Source of the DNA: Actinomycetota bacterium
GTDB lineage: Bacteria > Actinomycetota > UBA4738 > HRBIN12
Direction: 5' to 3'
Assembly: GCA_035519495.1 (NCBI GenBank)
Contig: DATIWE010000065.1
Location: 31,788-95,787, forward strand
Length of the DNA stretch: 64,000 bases
In this document: one piece after another, positions 34,406 through 42,994 of the stretch
How positions within the stretch are numbered: the first letter of the stretch is position 1
How the letters are laid out: the number at the start of each line of letters is the position of its first letter
Made by a program: the position numbers and the translations under genes
The notes under the pieces: model-generated
The model's input: the letters and a program-made list of their open reading frames with translations, nothing else
The model's database searches: none
What the model was told of the DNA's origin: nothing

Positions 34406-36559
34406 GTGGATCGCGACACCCAGGTGTCGAGTGACAGCACAGCCGTAACCGGCGCGAGCGAACCGAGCGCCGAACCACAGACCGAGCCGACCGGCGACGG
34501 ATCGACGAGCCCCGGAGCCACCGGAGGAGGCGGAGCCACGGGCGCGAAACGCCGACGCCGCCGCGGCGGCAGGGGGCGCGGCAGGGGATCGGGCAGCGGG
34601 ACCGGCGGTGCGAACCGACCGGGGCCCGACGCGTCCGACCAGGAGACCTCGTCGACGGCGGAGCCGGCGACGTCGGCGAAGCCCGACGAGGACACCGGCG
34701 GGACCGAACGGCGTCCCGCGCAACGCCGAGCGCCGCAGCAACGCCGCCGGCCGCCGTCGACGCCCCCGGAGGGGTCTTCGGAGAGCGCAGACGCGTCCGA
34801 CGATGCCTCGGCGTCCTCCGACGTTCGCGACGATGCGCCCGCGTCGGCGGACGCGGGCGCCGACGGGTCGGCGGCGAGCCCGACCGGGACGCAGACGAAG
34901 CGACGCCGTAGGCGCGGTGGCCGGGGCCGCGGGAAGAAGCCGGCCGCCGCCGATGGAGCGGGCGAGGGGTCCGCCGTCGAGGTCGATCCCGACGCGCCCG
35001 ATCCGGCGGCCGAAGCGTTGGCCGAGCAGCGCGACGACGCGGAGCCCGACGCGACCGACACGCCGTCGAGCTCCTCACGCCGCCGCCGCCGACGCAAGCC
35101 CGCCGGCGAGCGCGAGCCGGGGACAGCGCCGAACGCGCCGAAGGCCGCCAAGACGCCGGCGAAGGCGAAGGTCGCCCCGAAGAAGTCGAGGGCGGCCTCG
35201 ATCGAGGAGCAGGTCGCCGCCGGCGGTCCCACACGGCGGATCCGCGCCACCAGGACGAGGACCGGCCGCGACGGCCGGCGTCGCCGGGAGCCGCTCGTCG
35301 TGCCGCCGCGCATCACCGACAAGCTGATGGTGATCACCGAGCGCGGTGACCGCGATCAGATCGCGGTGCTGGAGGAGGACGTGCTCGTCCAGCACTACGT
35401 GACCAGGGCCGGGGCGACCTCGATGGTGGGCAACGTCTACCTCGGCCGGGTGCAGAACGTGCTGCCGGGCATGGAGGCCGCGTTCGTCGACGTCGGTCGG
35501 GGCCGCAACGGCGTGCTCTACGCCGGCGAGGTCAACTACTCGCCGGAGGACATCGAGGGACCTGCGCCCCGCATCGAACAGCTCTTGAAGGCGGGCCAGG
35601 CCGTGATGGTGCAGGTCACGAAGGACCCCATGGGCGGCAAGGGCGCGCGCCTGACGGCGAACCTCAGCCTCGCCGGCCGCTACCTCGTCCTCGCCCCGAA
35701 CCAGAACCTCCAGGGGATCAGCCGTCGCCTCCCCGAGGAGGCGCGAGCGAGGCTGAAGACCCTCCTCAAACGCGTGAAGCCGCCGGAGCACGGGGTCATC
35801 GTTCGCACCGCCGCCGAGGGCGCCACCGAGGAGGCGCTCGAGGCCGACCTGCGCCGCCTCCTGGAGATCTGGGAAACGATCACGAAGAAGGCGGCCAAGG
35901 GGAAGGCGCCCGACGTTCTGTACGAGGAGCCGGAGTTGACGGTCCGCGTGGTGCGCGACCTCTTCACGGACGAGGAGTACCGAGGGCTCGTCACCGACTC
36001 CGAGCGCGTGTACCGGTTGGTGACCGACTACGTGCACGAGGTCGCCCCCGACCTCGCCGAGAAGGTGACGTTGCATACCGGCCCGCTCTCGGCGTTCGAG
36101 GAGCACCGGATCGTCGAGCAGATCCACAAGGCGCTCGACCGGAAGGTCTGGCTCCCCTCGGGCGGCTACCTGATCATCGAGCGGACCGAGGCGATGACGA
36201 TCATCGACGTCAACACCGGCAAGAGTGTGGGCAAGACGAACCTCGAGGAGACCGTGGTGAACACGAACCTCGAGGCCGCACGCGAGTCGGCGCGGCAACT
36301 CCGTCTGCGCGATATCGGCGGCATCATCGTGATCGACTTCATCGACATGCTTCTCGAGCGCAACAAGAAGCAGGTCGAGGACACGATGCGTGAGGCGCTC
36401 GCGATCGACAAGACGCGTTCGCAGGTCTTCGAGATCGGTCCGCTCGGTCTCATGCAGGTCACGCGCAAGCGGGTATCCTCGGGCCTGGTCGAGTCGTTCT
36501 CCGAGACCTGCCCCACCTGCGAAGGCCGGGGGATCATCCTCACGTATGACACCGAGTGA
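34406..36559 (+). CDS. rne: Ribonuclease E/G family endoribonuclease with N-terminal Arg/Pro/Asp-rich disordered region
   Basis: GTG 34406 in the frame of ORF 33998..36559(+), preceded by AAGGGAG 6 nt upstream. S1 domain: GNVYLGRVQNVLPGMEAAFVDVG. Catalytic core: ...IIDVNTGK...GGIIVIDFIDM... C-terminal Zn-link: CPTCEGRG. The rne-rplU-rpmA-obg synteny supports the call. Confidence 0.9.
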   Translation: MDRDTQVSSDSTAVTGASEPSAEPQTEPTGDGSTSPGATGGGGATGAKRRRRRGGRGRGRGSGSGTGGANRPGPDASDQETSSTAEPATSAKPDEDTGGTERRPAQRRAPQQRRRPPSTPPEGSSESADASDDASASSDVRDDAPASADAGADGSAASPTGTQTKRRRRRGGRGRGKKPAAADGAGEGSAVEVDPDAPDPAAEALAEQRDDAEPDATDTPSSSSRRRRRRKPAGEREPGTAPNAPKAAKTPAKAKVAPKKSRAASIEEQVAAGGPTRRIRATRTRTGRDGRRRREPLVVPPRITDKLMVITERGDRDQIAVLEEDVLVQHYVTRAGATSMVGNVYLGRVQNVLPGMEAAFVDVGRGRNGVLYAGEVNYSPEDIEGPAPRIEQLLKAGQAVMVQVTKDPMGGKGARLTANLSLAGRYLVLAPNQNLQGISRRLPEEARARLKTLLKRVKPPEHGVIVRTAAEGATEEALEADLRRLLEIWETITKKAAKGKAPDVLYEEPELTVRVVRDLFTDEEYRGLVTDSERVYRLVTDYVHEVAPDLAEKVTLHTGPLSAFEEHRIVEQIHKALDRKVWLPSGGYLIIERTEAMTIIDVNTGKSVGKTNLEETVVNTNLEAARESARQLRLRDIGGIIVIDFIDMLLERNKKQVEDTMREALAIDKTRSQVFEIGPLGLMQVTRKRVSSGLVESFSETCPTCEGRGIILTYDTE

Positions 36560-36572
36560 AAGGCGCCCAACG

Positions 36573-36881
36573 ATGTATGCGGTGATCAAGACCGGCGGCA
36601 AGCAGCAGAAGGTCTCGGCCGGCGACGTGATCGAGGTTGAGAAGCTGGTGGGAGCCGAGGAGACCATCACCTTCACGCCGTTGCTGGTCGTCGACGACGA
36701 CGGCAAGACGCACGCCGGGCCCGCGGCTTCCGGGGCGACCGTCACCGCGAAGCCGCTCGGGGAGAAGAAGGGCGACAAGGTCAAGATCTTCAAGTACCGG
36801 CCGAAGACCGGCTACGCGCGCCGCGCGGGCCATCGCCAGCAGCTCACGCTCCTCGAGATCCAGGACGTCTCGCTCGGGTAG
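36573..36881 (+). CDS. rplU: 50S ribosomal protein L21
   Basis: ATG 36573 in the frame of ORF 36390..36881(+): MYAVIKTGGKQQKVSAGDVIEVEKL...KIFKYRPKTGYARRAGHRQ. Confidence 0.96.
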   Translation: MYAVIKTGGKQQKVSAGDVIEVEKLVGAEETITFTPLLVVDDDGKTHAGPAASGATVTAKPLGEKKGDKVKIFKYRPKTGYARRAGHRQQLTLLEIQDVSLG

Positions 36882-36914
36882 CCGGCCGGATCGCACTGGT
36901 AGCCTGGGGGAACC

Positions 36915-37169
36915 ATGGCACACAAGAAGGGCGGCGGCTCGTCCCGGAACGGCCGCGATTCGAACTCCAAACGGCTCGGCGTGAAGGCCTTCGGCGGGCA
37001 GACGGTCACCGCCGGCAGCATCATCGTGCGCCAGCGGGGCACCCGGATCCACCCCGGTGACGGCGTGGGCAAGGGCGGCGACGACACGCTGTTCGCGATC
37101 CGCCCGGGCGTGGTGACCTTCCACGAATCGCGCGGCCGCAAGTACGCGTCGATCCTGGCCGGGAGCTAG
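36915..37169 (+). CDS. rpmA: 50S ribosomal protein L27
   Basis: ORF 36915..37169(+), 84 aa: [29 protein letters not shown]... Confidence 0.97.
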   Translation: MAHKKGGGSSRNGRDSNSKRLGVKAFGGQTVTAGSIIVRQRGTRIHPGDGVGKGGDDTLFAIRPGVVTFHESRGRKYASILAGS

Positions 37170-37660
37170 GTCTCCTCGGGCCGCTTCGCGGCCTCGATCC
37201 CCGAACGCATCTCCTCGACGAAATCGTCGATCAGCGGTCGCAGCGACCCGCCGAGCGTCGCCAGGTAGGTCGTGTTATCGCGCCGTTGCTTGCGCTTCGT
37301 CGGCCGGCGGAACATCGAGATCGCCGTCGTCGGCGGCCCCGCGGGCGCGCCCGCCCGAGCGTCGAGCGGACCCAACGGTGGCGGCGGCGCGAAGTAGAAG
37401 GCCGTCTCCCGGCGTTCGCCGTCCTGCCGCCACCGGAGCATGAGGATCGGCGACCCGCGCACCCGCCGGGCGGCGAGCACCTCCGTGAAGGCCATCCGGG
37501 TCGTCTCCCCGTCTTCGCGCTCGAAGAGCACGCCTCGCTCGTCCACGGACAAGGTGCCCTCGATCTCGTCGGGGGGGAAGCCTCGGCGCAGGTGCACCAT
37601 CCAGACGGTCGTCGACGAGACCACGGGACCATCTTGCCCGCGTCGGTCGCGGTCGACCAC
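37166..37660 (-). CDS. Hypothetical protein (PH/GRAM-like N-terminal half, basic tail), antisense-oriented between rpmA and obg
   Basis: ORF 37166..37660(-), 164 aa, GTG start, with consistently high GC3. Sequence: ...[56 protein letters not shown]... The alternative start is ATG 37600 (MVHLRRG). No promoter or SD is recognisable for either start. Confidence 0.5.
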   Translation of the reverse strand: MVDRDRRGQDGPVVSSTTVWMVHLRRGFPPDEIEGTLSVDERGVLFEREDGETTRMAFTEVLAARRVRGSPILMLRWRQDGERRETAFYFAPPPPLGPLDARAGAPAGPPTTAISMFRRPTKRKQRRDNTTYLATLGGSLRPLIDDFVEEMRSGIEAAKRPEET

Positions 37661-37667
37661 CTACCCT

Positions 37668-38924
37668 ATGGCGGTGGCGTTCGTGGACGAGTGCAGCGTT
37701 CAGGTGACGGCCGGCCGCGGCGGGGACGGCTCATCATCCCTGCATTCCGAGCCGTTCAAGCCGCGCGGCGGCCCCGACGGCGGCAACGGCGGTGCCGGCG
37801 GCGCGGTGATCTTCGAGGTGTCCGGCGGGGTGCACGATCTCTCGTGGTTGGCCGATCACCCGCATCAGGAAGCGGCCGCGGGCCGGCCGGGCCGGTCCTC
37901 CCGGCGCGACGGCGCCGCCGGCAACGACCTTGTGGTGGCCGTGCCCGACGGGACGGTGGTGTTCGACGAACAGGGGTTGATCGCCGACCTGGTCGGCGAC
38001 GGTGCCCGGGCGGTGATCGCCCGCGGCGGCCGCGGCGGCCGCGGCGTGTCTGCGCTGGCGGGGCCGAAGAACCGCGTGCCGCGCGTGGCGGAGTCCGGAG
38101 AGGAGGGCGAGGTGAAACGGATCCGCGTGGAGCTCCGGACCGTCGCCGACGTGGGCCTGGTCGGGCTGCCGAACGCGGGGAAGTCGACCCTGCTGTCGCG
38201 GCTGACGGCCGCGACGCCGAAGATCGCGGACTACCCGTTCACCACGCTGACCCCCAACCTCGGCGTCGCCTCGGTCGCCGATGAACGGTTCGTCGTGGCG
38301 GACGTCCCGGGCCTGATCGAGGGCGCCCACGAGGGCCGGGGGCTCGGCCATCGGTTCCTCCGCCACATCGTGCGCTGCCGTGCCCTCGTCCTCGCGGTGG
38401 ATCTGTCGGACGCCGATCCGCCGTCCGACCTCGAGGTCCTCCTTTCCGAGCTGGGCTCCTTCGATCCCGAGCTCCCCGGCCGGCCGTCGGTGATCGTGGG
38501 CACGAAGGCCGACCTGGTGGACGATCCCGGCGCCGCCGTCGAGGCGCTCGGCCCGGGGGCGTTCGCGGTGTCGGCCCTCAGCGGGGAGGGGATGGAGACG
38601 CTCCGCTCCCGCCTCGGCCGGCTCGCGGCCGAGGCGGCCCTCGGGGCTCCCGAGCGCACCTCGCATGTCGTGCTGCGGCCGGGACGGCCGCGCTTCACGG
38701 TGTCGCGCCACGATGGCGGCCCGTGGCGGGTGCGGGGCTCCGGCGTGGAACGCTGGGTCCAGGAGACCGACCCGGACGACGAGGGGCAGGTCGAGGTCCT
38801 CCAGCGGCGGCTGCGGCGCGAGGGGGTCTTCCGCCGGCTGCTCGCCCTCGGCGCCCGGAGCGGCGACGACGTCGAGATCTCCGGGCAGGTGTTCGTCTAC
38901 GTTCCCGACGAGGACGACGGATGA
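37668..38924 (+). CDS. obg: GTPase Obg
   Basis: ATG 37668 in the frame of ORF 37440..38924(+): MAVAFVDECSVQVTAGRGGDG (Obg fold), G1 GLPNAGKST, DVPGLIEGA, and an Obg C-terminal domain. Confidence 0.95.
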   Translation: MAVAFVDECSVQVTAGRGGDGSSSLHSEPFKPRGGPDGGNGGAGGAVIFEVSGGVHDLSWLADHPHQEAAAGRPGRSSRRDGAAGNDLVVAVPDGTVVFDEQGLIADLVGDGARAVIARGGRGGRGVSALAGPKNRVPRVAESGEEGEVKRIRVELRTVADVGLVGLPNAGKSTLLSRLTAATPKIADYPFTTLTPNLGVASVADERFVVADVPGLIEGAHEGRGLGHRFLRHIVRCRALVLAVDLSDADPPSDLEVLLSELGSFDPELPGRPSVIVGTKADLVDDPGAAVEALGPGAFAVSALSGEGMETLRSRLGRLAAEAALGAPERTSHVVLRPGRPRFTVSRHDGGPWRVRGSGVERWVQETDPDDEGQVEVLQRRLRREGVFRRLLALGARSGDDVEISGQVFVYVPDEDDG

Positions 38925-39358
38925 ACGCCGAGATGGAGCGGATGATCGTGGAGGAGGACGAGGGTTGGACCGCCTTCCACGCGCTCCTGCACCGCGTGCC
39001 ACCCTCGCGCCTCGAGGAGCCGCGGGTCACGCCGGAGGGTTGGTCGGCGAAAGACGTGATGTTCCACGTCGGCGCCTGGCTCGCCGAGGCCTCGCGCCAA
39101 CTGGAACGGATCCGCGAGGGCACGTACGAACCGCCGGCGGCCTCGACCCAGACGATGAACGACGAGTGGTTCGCCCTGTCCCGCACGCTCGATCCTGCGA
39201 CGGTTTGGGCCGAGCTCGAGGCCTCGCGCGTCATGGCCCGAGGCTCCCTGGGAGCGCTCGACACGGTGACGCCGATCGCCCGCGAATGGTTCGAGGAATC
39301 CGGTGCGCTGCACTACGCGGAGCACATCGGGAGCCTCGGCCGGTGGCTCGGAGCCTGA
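38921..39358 (+). CDS. DinB/ClbS-like four-helix-bundle protein (hypothetical)
   Basis: ATG 38921 in the frame of ORF 38723..39358(+), with an ATGA overlap onto the obg stop. Sequence: ...GWSAKDVMFHVGAWLAEASRQLERIREG...HYAEHIGSL... resembles the DinB/DfsB superfamily. The assignment is tentative. Confidence 0.55.
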   Translation: MNAEMERMIVEEDEGWTAFHALLHRVPPSRLEEPRVTPEGWSAKDVMFHVGAWLAEASRQLERIREGTYEPPAASTQTMNDEWFALSRTLDPATVWAELEASRVMARGSLGALDTVTPIAREWFEESGALHYAEHIGSLGRWLGA

Positions 39359-39381
39359 GCGGTTCCGTCGGGGGCCGCGGG

Positions 39382-39387
39382 TAGTAT
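39382..39387 (+). promoter_or_regulatory. Putative -10 box (TAGTAT) of leaderless nadD promoter
   Basis: TAGTAT lies 7 nt upstream of ATG 39395. Confidence 0.45.
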
Positions 39388-39394
39388 CGCCACG

Positions 39395-39988
39395 ATGGGG
39401 ATGCGGTTCGGGGTGATGGGCGGAACCTTCGACCCCATCCACTACGGCCACCTCGTCACGGCCGAGGAAGCCCTCCAGCAGTTCGGCTTGGACGAGGTCG
39501 TGTTCGTGCCGACCGGGCAGCCGTGGATGAAGGCGCACGGGATCGTGTCCCCGCCTGAGGATCGCTACCTGATGACGGTCATCGCGACAGCGTCGAACCC
39601 CCGCTTCCGCGTATCGCGGATGGAGGTCGATCGCGACGGCCCCACGTACACGATCGACACGCTCCGCGGGCTGAAGGAGGAGCTGGGGCCGAGCGCCCGG
39701 CTGTTCTTCATCACCGGCGCGGACGCGGTCCTCGAGATCTTCCAATGGAAGGACCCGGGCGAGCTGTTCGACATGGCGCAGTTCATCGCCGCCACGCGGC
39801 CCGGCTACGACATCGCCGCCATCGAGGCCCAGGCCGGCGGCAACCCCGGGATCACGGTCATGACCATCCCGGCGCTCGCGATCTCCTCGACGGACATCCG
39901 CGAGCGGATCGCGCAGGGGCGGCCGATCCGATACCTCGTGCCTGAGGGCGTGAAGAGCTACGTGGAGAAGGCGGGGCTCTACCGGTGA
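39395..39988 (+). CDS. nadD: Nicotinate-nucleotide adenylyltransferase
   Basis: ORF 39395..39988(+), 197 aa: [11 protein letters not shown] (HxGH motif), ISSTDIR. Confidence 0.94.
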   Translation: MGMRFGVMGGTFDPIHYGHLVTAEEALQQFGLDEVVFVPTGQPWMKAHGIVSPPEDRYLMTVIATASNPRFRVSRMEVDRDGPTYTIDTLRGLKEELGPSARLFFITGADAVLEIFQWKDPGELFDMAQFIAATRPGYDIAAIEAQAGGNPGITVMTIPALAISSTDIRERIAQGRPIRYLVPEGVKSYVEKAGLYR

Positions 39989-41088
39989 GCTCGGGCGGCG
40001 CCGAGGGGCCGCCGGTCCAGCCGTCCCGCGCCGAGCGCACCGGCGCCGCGAACCGACGCCGACGGATCGAGGCGATCGTCGCCGTCGTCCTGGTGATCGG
40101 CGGGCTGGCGTTCGCGGGCATACAGCTCACGGGGGATCGGGGAGGCGGTCCGTCGCCGACGCCGAGCCCCAGCGCATCGGGCGCGGAGGCTCCGTCCTCG
40201 ATGCTCGCGCTCTCCATCACGGGGACCTCGAACGCGCTGCTCGCGGTCGTCGGTTCCGGAGGCGGCCGCGTCCCGGCGGCGGTGGTCACGCCGCCCGGCA
40301 TGACCGTGATCGTGCCCGGGCAGGGCGACGCCACGACGCAGGCGGTGCAAACGCTGCCGGGCGCGTCCATGCGGGTCGCCGTGTCGAACGTGGTCGGCGC
40401 GTGGTCGGCGCACTACGCGGTGATGACGCTCGGCGGGTTCGCGCAGACCGTCGATCGCGCCGGCGGGATCACGGTGGATCTGCCGGACATCTTCATCCTC
40501 GGAGCCCAGGCGCTCGGACCGGGCCCGACCCACCTGACCGGCGCCCAGGTCGGGTCCCTGCTGCGCCAGCGCTCGGACGACGCCGCGGCCCGGTGGGCTG
40601 CGGTGCTCCAGGGCTTCCTCGCCGTGCCTCCGCCGGTCCAGCCGGGCGACCTGACCGAGGCGGACGATGTGGCGGCCGCCATCGCGGCGCTCTCGAGCGC
40701 GGCGGGCGCGGCCGCACAGGCGGTGCCCACGGAGGAGGTCGGCGGGACGGCCACGATCGCCGCCGAGCCGGCGCTCGATCAACTGGTCGGCGGCCTCTTC
40801 GGGACGCCAGTACCGGTGCGCACCCTGATCCAGAACGGGAACGGCGAGCCCGGCATCGGCGAGGCGGTGGCGACCCGCATCCTGCCGGCCGGGTTCCGCG
40901 TCGTCCTGTCGCAGAACGCGACGTCCTTCGATCACGCGACGACGCAGATCATCGCGATCGGGACCGCACACCTCCCCGAGGCGCAGCGCGCGAAGGCGGC
41001 CCTCGGGGTCGGAACGGTCGCGGTCACGCAGGTACCATCGGGGCTCGCGGACGTGACGATCGTGGTGGGGAGGGACTTCCGAGGGTGA
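39985..41088 (+). CDS. Membrane-anchored protein with C-terminal LytR_C domain
   Basis: ORF 39985..41088(+), 367 aa, with a GTGA overlap onto nadD. It has a single TM ([16 protein letters not shown]). The C-terminal [30 protein letters not shown]...VTIVVGRDF is typical of LytR_C. The nadD-X-rsfS position is conserved in actinobacteria. Confidence 0.7.
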   Translation: MSSGGAEGPPVQPSRAERTGAANRRRRIEAIVAVVLVIGGLAFAGIQLTGDRGGGPSPTPSPSASGAEAPSSMLALSITGTSNALLAVVGSGGGRVPAAVVTPPGMTVIVPGQGDATTQAVQTLPGASMRVAVSNVVGAWSAHYAVMTLGGFAQTVDRAGGITVDLPDIFILGAQALGPGPTHLTGAQVGSLLRQRSDDAAARWAAVLQGFLAVPPPVQPGDLTEADDVAAAIAALSSAAGAAAQAVPTEEVGGTATIAAEPALDQLVGGLFGTPVPVRTLIQNGNGEPGIGEAVATRILPAGFRVVLSQNATSFDHATTQIIAIGTAHLPEAQRAKAALGVGTVAVTQVPSGLADVTIVVGRDFRG

Positions 41089-41495
41089 CGGTGCAACGGG
41101 GCACGGGGGGCGGGGCCGATCTCGCCGCCAGCGCCGACGTCGCGATCGCGGCCGCGCGGGCCGCCGCGGACAAGCAGGCTCAGGACATCGTCGTCCTGGA
41201 CGTGCACGAGCTCATCGTGATCACCGACTTCTTCGTGATCTGCTCCGCCGGAACCCATCGGCAGGTGCGGACCGTGGTGGAAGCCGTCGAGGAGCGGATC
41301 CGCACGTCGATCGGGAGCCGGCCGGCTCGCCGCGAGGGCGAGGACGGCGCCGGCTGGTGGCTGCTGGACTACGTCGACGTGGTGGTGCACGTGTTCGGCA
41401 CCGAGGAGCACGCGTATTACGACCTTGAGCGGCTCTGGAGCGACGCGCCTCGGCTGCGTTGGAAGGAAGGTCCGGAGGCAGCATCCGGCGGGTAG
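41085..41495 (+). CDS. rsfS: Ribosome silencing factor RsfS
   Basis: GTG 41085 in the frame of ORF 40401..41495(+), with a GTGA overlap. Sequence: ...DIVVLDVHELIVITDFFVICSAGTHRQV...WWLLDYVDVVVHVF...YYDLERLW. Confidence 0.92.
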   Translation: MTVQRGTGGGADLAASADVAIAAARAAADKQAQDIVVLDVHELIVITDFFVICSAGTHRQVRTVVEAVEERIRTSIGSRPARREGEDGAGWWLLDYVDVVVHVFGTEEHAYYDLERLWSDAPRLRWKEGPEAASGG

Positions 41496-41498
41496 ACT
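41493..41498 (+). promoter_or_regulatory. Putative -10 box (TAGACT) for tRNA-Ala, overlapping the rsfS stop codon
   Basis: TAGACT lies 9 nt upstream of the mature tRNA 5' end (41508). The TAG within it is the rsfS stop. Confidence 0.35.
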
Positions 41499-41507
41499 GC
41501 CCAGCCC

Positions 41508-41580
41508 GGGCCCATAGCTCAGCTGGTAGAGCGCATGGCTGGCAGCCATGAGGTCGGGGGTTCGAATCCCCCTGGGTCCA
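41508..41580 (+). tRNA. tRNA-Ala (anticodon GGC)
   Basis: Hand-folded cloverleaf. Acceptor GGGCCCA/TGGGTCC with a G3:U70 pair. D arm GCTC-AGCTGGTA-GAGC. Anticodon stem CATGG/CCATG with loop CT-GGC-AG. T arm GGGGG-TTCGAAT-CCCCC. Discriminator A. CCA is not encoded. Confidence 0.93.
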
Positions 41581-41662
41581 CCCACCCTGAGCAGCGCAGA
41601 TATGGATGTCCGGGGAACTGCCTCTCGACCCTCGGAGACCAGCAGCGGATACTTGGATCGCG

Positions 41663-42307
41663 ATGGCACGTGGTCAAGGCGACCCTGGAAGGACCGCCAT
41701 CTGTCTGGCGATGCTCCTCCTCTTCCTCCTCGCTGCGTGCACTTCCACGTCGCATCAGCCAAGCTCAGGGACCACGTCAGCCGCGGGAACCGAAGTCACG
41801 GTCTTCGAACCGTTCGCGTCCTCCGGGGCGTTGAACGCCGACATCTCGGTTGAGTCCACGCGGCCCGGCACATGTTGGACGACATCGGACGAATCGAGGC
41901 GTCCTGACACGTACCGCTGCATGTGGGGGAACTACATCCTGGACCCGTGTTTCTCGGATCCCGACGTGCTCCGGCATGTCGTGGCATGCGTGGGCTCAGA
42001 CGGCACCGACCTCGACAAGATGGTCATGTTGCGACTCACAGAGCCACTGCCTGCGAGGTACGGAGCTGGCGAGCCCGCAAGCGCCAGGAACCTGCCTCTC
42101 CTTATCCTTCTGGCCGATGGCACACGCTGCCGACCGCACCAGGGGACCCACGCACAGATCGCCGGGATGTCGGCCAACTTCGACTGCACGAACGGTGCCT
42201 CGTTGGTCGGAGACATCAACCGATCCCACGCGGAGTGGACGATCCGGTCGACCGTCTCCGGTAGCAGCGAACTCGCGACCGTCGCTGTCGCCCGCGTCTT
42301 CGTTTGA
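41663..42307 (+). CDS. Cys-rich lipoprotein, unknown function
   Basis: ATG at codon 20 of ORF 41606..42307(+): MARGQGDPGRTAICLAMLLLFLLAAC (lipobox), then six further Cys. I recognise no family. It lies in the lower-GC islet after the tRNA. ATG 41606 is the alternative start. Confidence 0.6.
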   Translation: MARGQGDPGRTAICLAMLLLFLLAACTSTSHQPSSGTTSAAGTEVTVFEPFASSGALNADISVESTRPGTCWTTSDESRRPDTYRCMWGNYILDPCFSDPDVLRHVVACVGSDGTDLDKMVMLRLTEPLPARYGAGEPASARNLPLLILLADGTRCRPHQGTHAQIAGMSANFDCTNGASLVGDINRSHAEWTIRSTVSGSSELATVAVARVFV

Positions 42308-42448
42308 GTGCCGCGCTACGGAGGCCAGCTCGACGCCGACAGCGTCGAGCAGGTGAAGGGAGCGGCCAAGGGGTAGGTCCAGTGGGGGATGGTTCGGCCC
42401 GAGTTCGGAGGGAGCCGAAAGGCCTAGATCCTCCCGCCACAAGGCTCA

Positions 42449-42478
42449 TTGCCCTTCCGAGAGGACGCCTTCTATACT
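42449..42478 (+). promoter_or_regulatory. Putative promoter TTGCCC-N18-TATACT for the tadE-like/tadG-like pair
   Basis: TTGCCC (42449-42454), 18-nt spacer, TATACT (42473-42478). This predicts a leader of about 25-30 nt with GAGGG 6 nt before ATG 42510. Confidence 0.4.
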
Positions 42479-42509
42479 CCCTCGCGGGCTGTAGTTCGTG
42501 AGGGTGACG

Positions 42510-42992
42510 ATGATCGCTGAATCTGGTTCAAACTTGGTTTCCCGGATCCGTCGTCGGATCCGTCCGGAGCGGGGCGCCGCGGCTGTTGAGTTCGCGATCG
42601 TCGCCCCGCTCTTGTTCATCTTGGTCTTCGGCATCATCGACTTCGGGTTCGGGTTCCACGCGTGGAACGCGATCGAGAACTCCGCGCGGGAGGGCGCGCG
42701 CGTCGGGGCAACGGACGCAAGTGGCAACGCCGTCGCCGACATCACCGCACGCGTCCAGAATGGGACGAGCTTCCTGACGGGTCCCGTCACGGTTCTCGTC
42801 CAGTGCAGTAGCAACAACGGCACGGGCCCGTTCTCGAGCTGCGGCTCGTCTGCGAACTGGAACGAGGGCGACCTGATCAAGGTCACCGTCTCGTACGACT
42901 ACAACTTCATGACCCCGCTTCCGACGATGATCGGGATGGGGAAGCAACTCCACGAGAAGGCCGTCGCCGAATCGCGCTTCGAGGGGAACTGA
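42510..42992 (+). CDS. TadE-like (Flp pilus assembly pseudopilin-like) protein
   Basis: ATG at codon 5 of ORF 42498..42992(+). The N-terminus ERGAAAVEFAIVAPLLFILVFGIIDFGFGF is the TadE-domain signature. Confidence 0.8.
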   Translation: MIAESGSNLVSRIRRRIRPERGAAAVEFAIVAPLLFILVFGIIDFGFGFHAWNAIENSAREGARVGATDASGNAVADITARVQNGTSFLTGPVTVLVQCSSNNGTGPFSSCGSSANWNEGDLIKVTVSYDYNFMTPLPTMIGMGKQLHEKAVAESRFEGN

Positions 42993-42994
42993 CG

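Noticed and set aside
33987-35234. N-terminal 416-codon extension of ORF 32799..35234(-)
   Set aside because: The extension is Pro/Arg/Ser low-complexity sequence antisense to the rne disordered region. The receiver domain begins right after the internal ATG at 33986.
42308-42497. Search for a small Flp-pilin ORF upstream of the tadE-like gene
   Set aside because: No frame gives an ORF with a hydrophobic Flp-like G/xxxxEY segment. The only ATG ORF is 12 codons long (MVRPEFGGSRKA).
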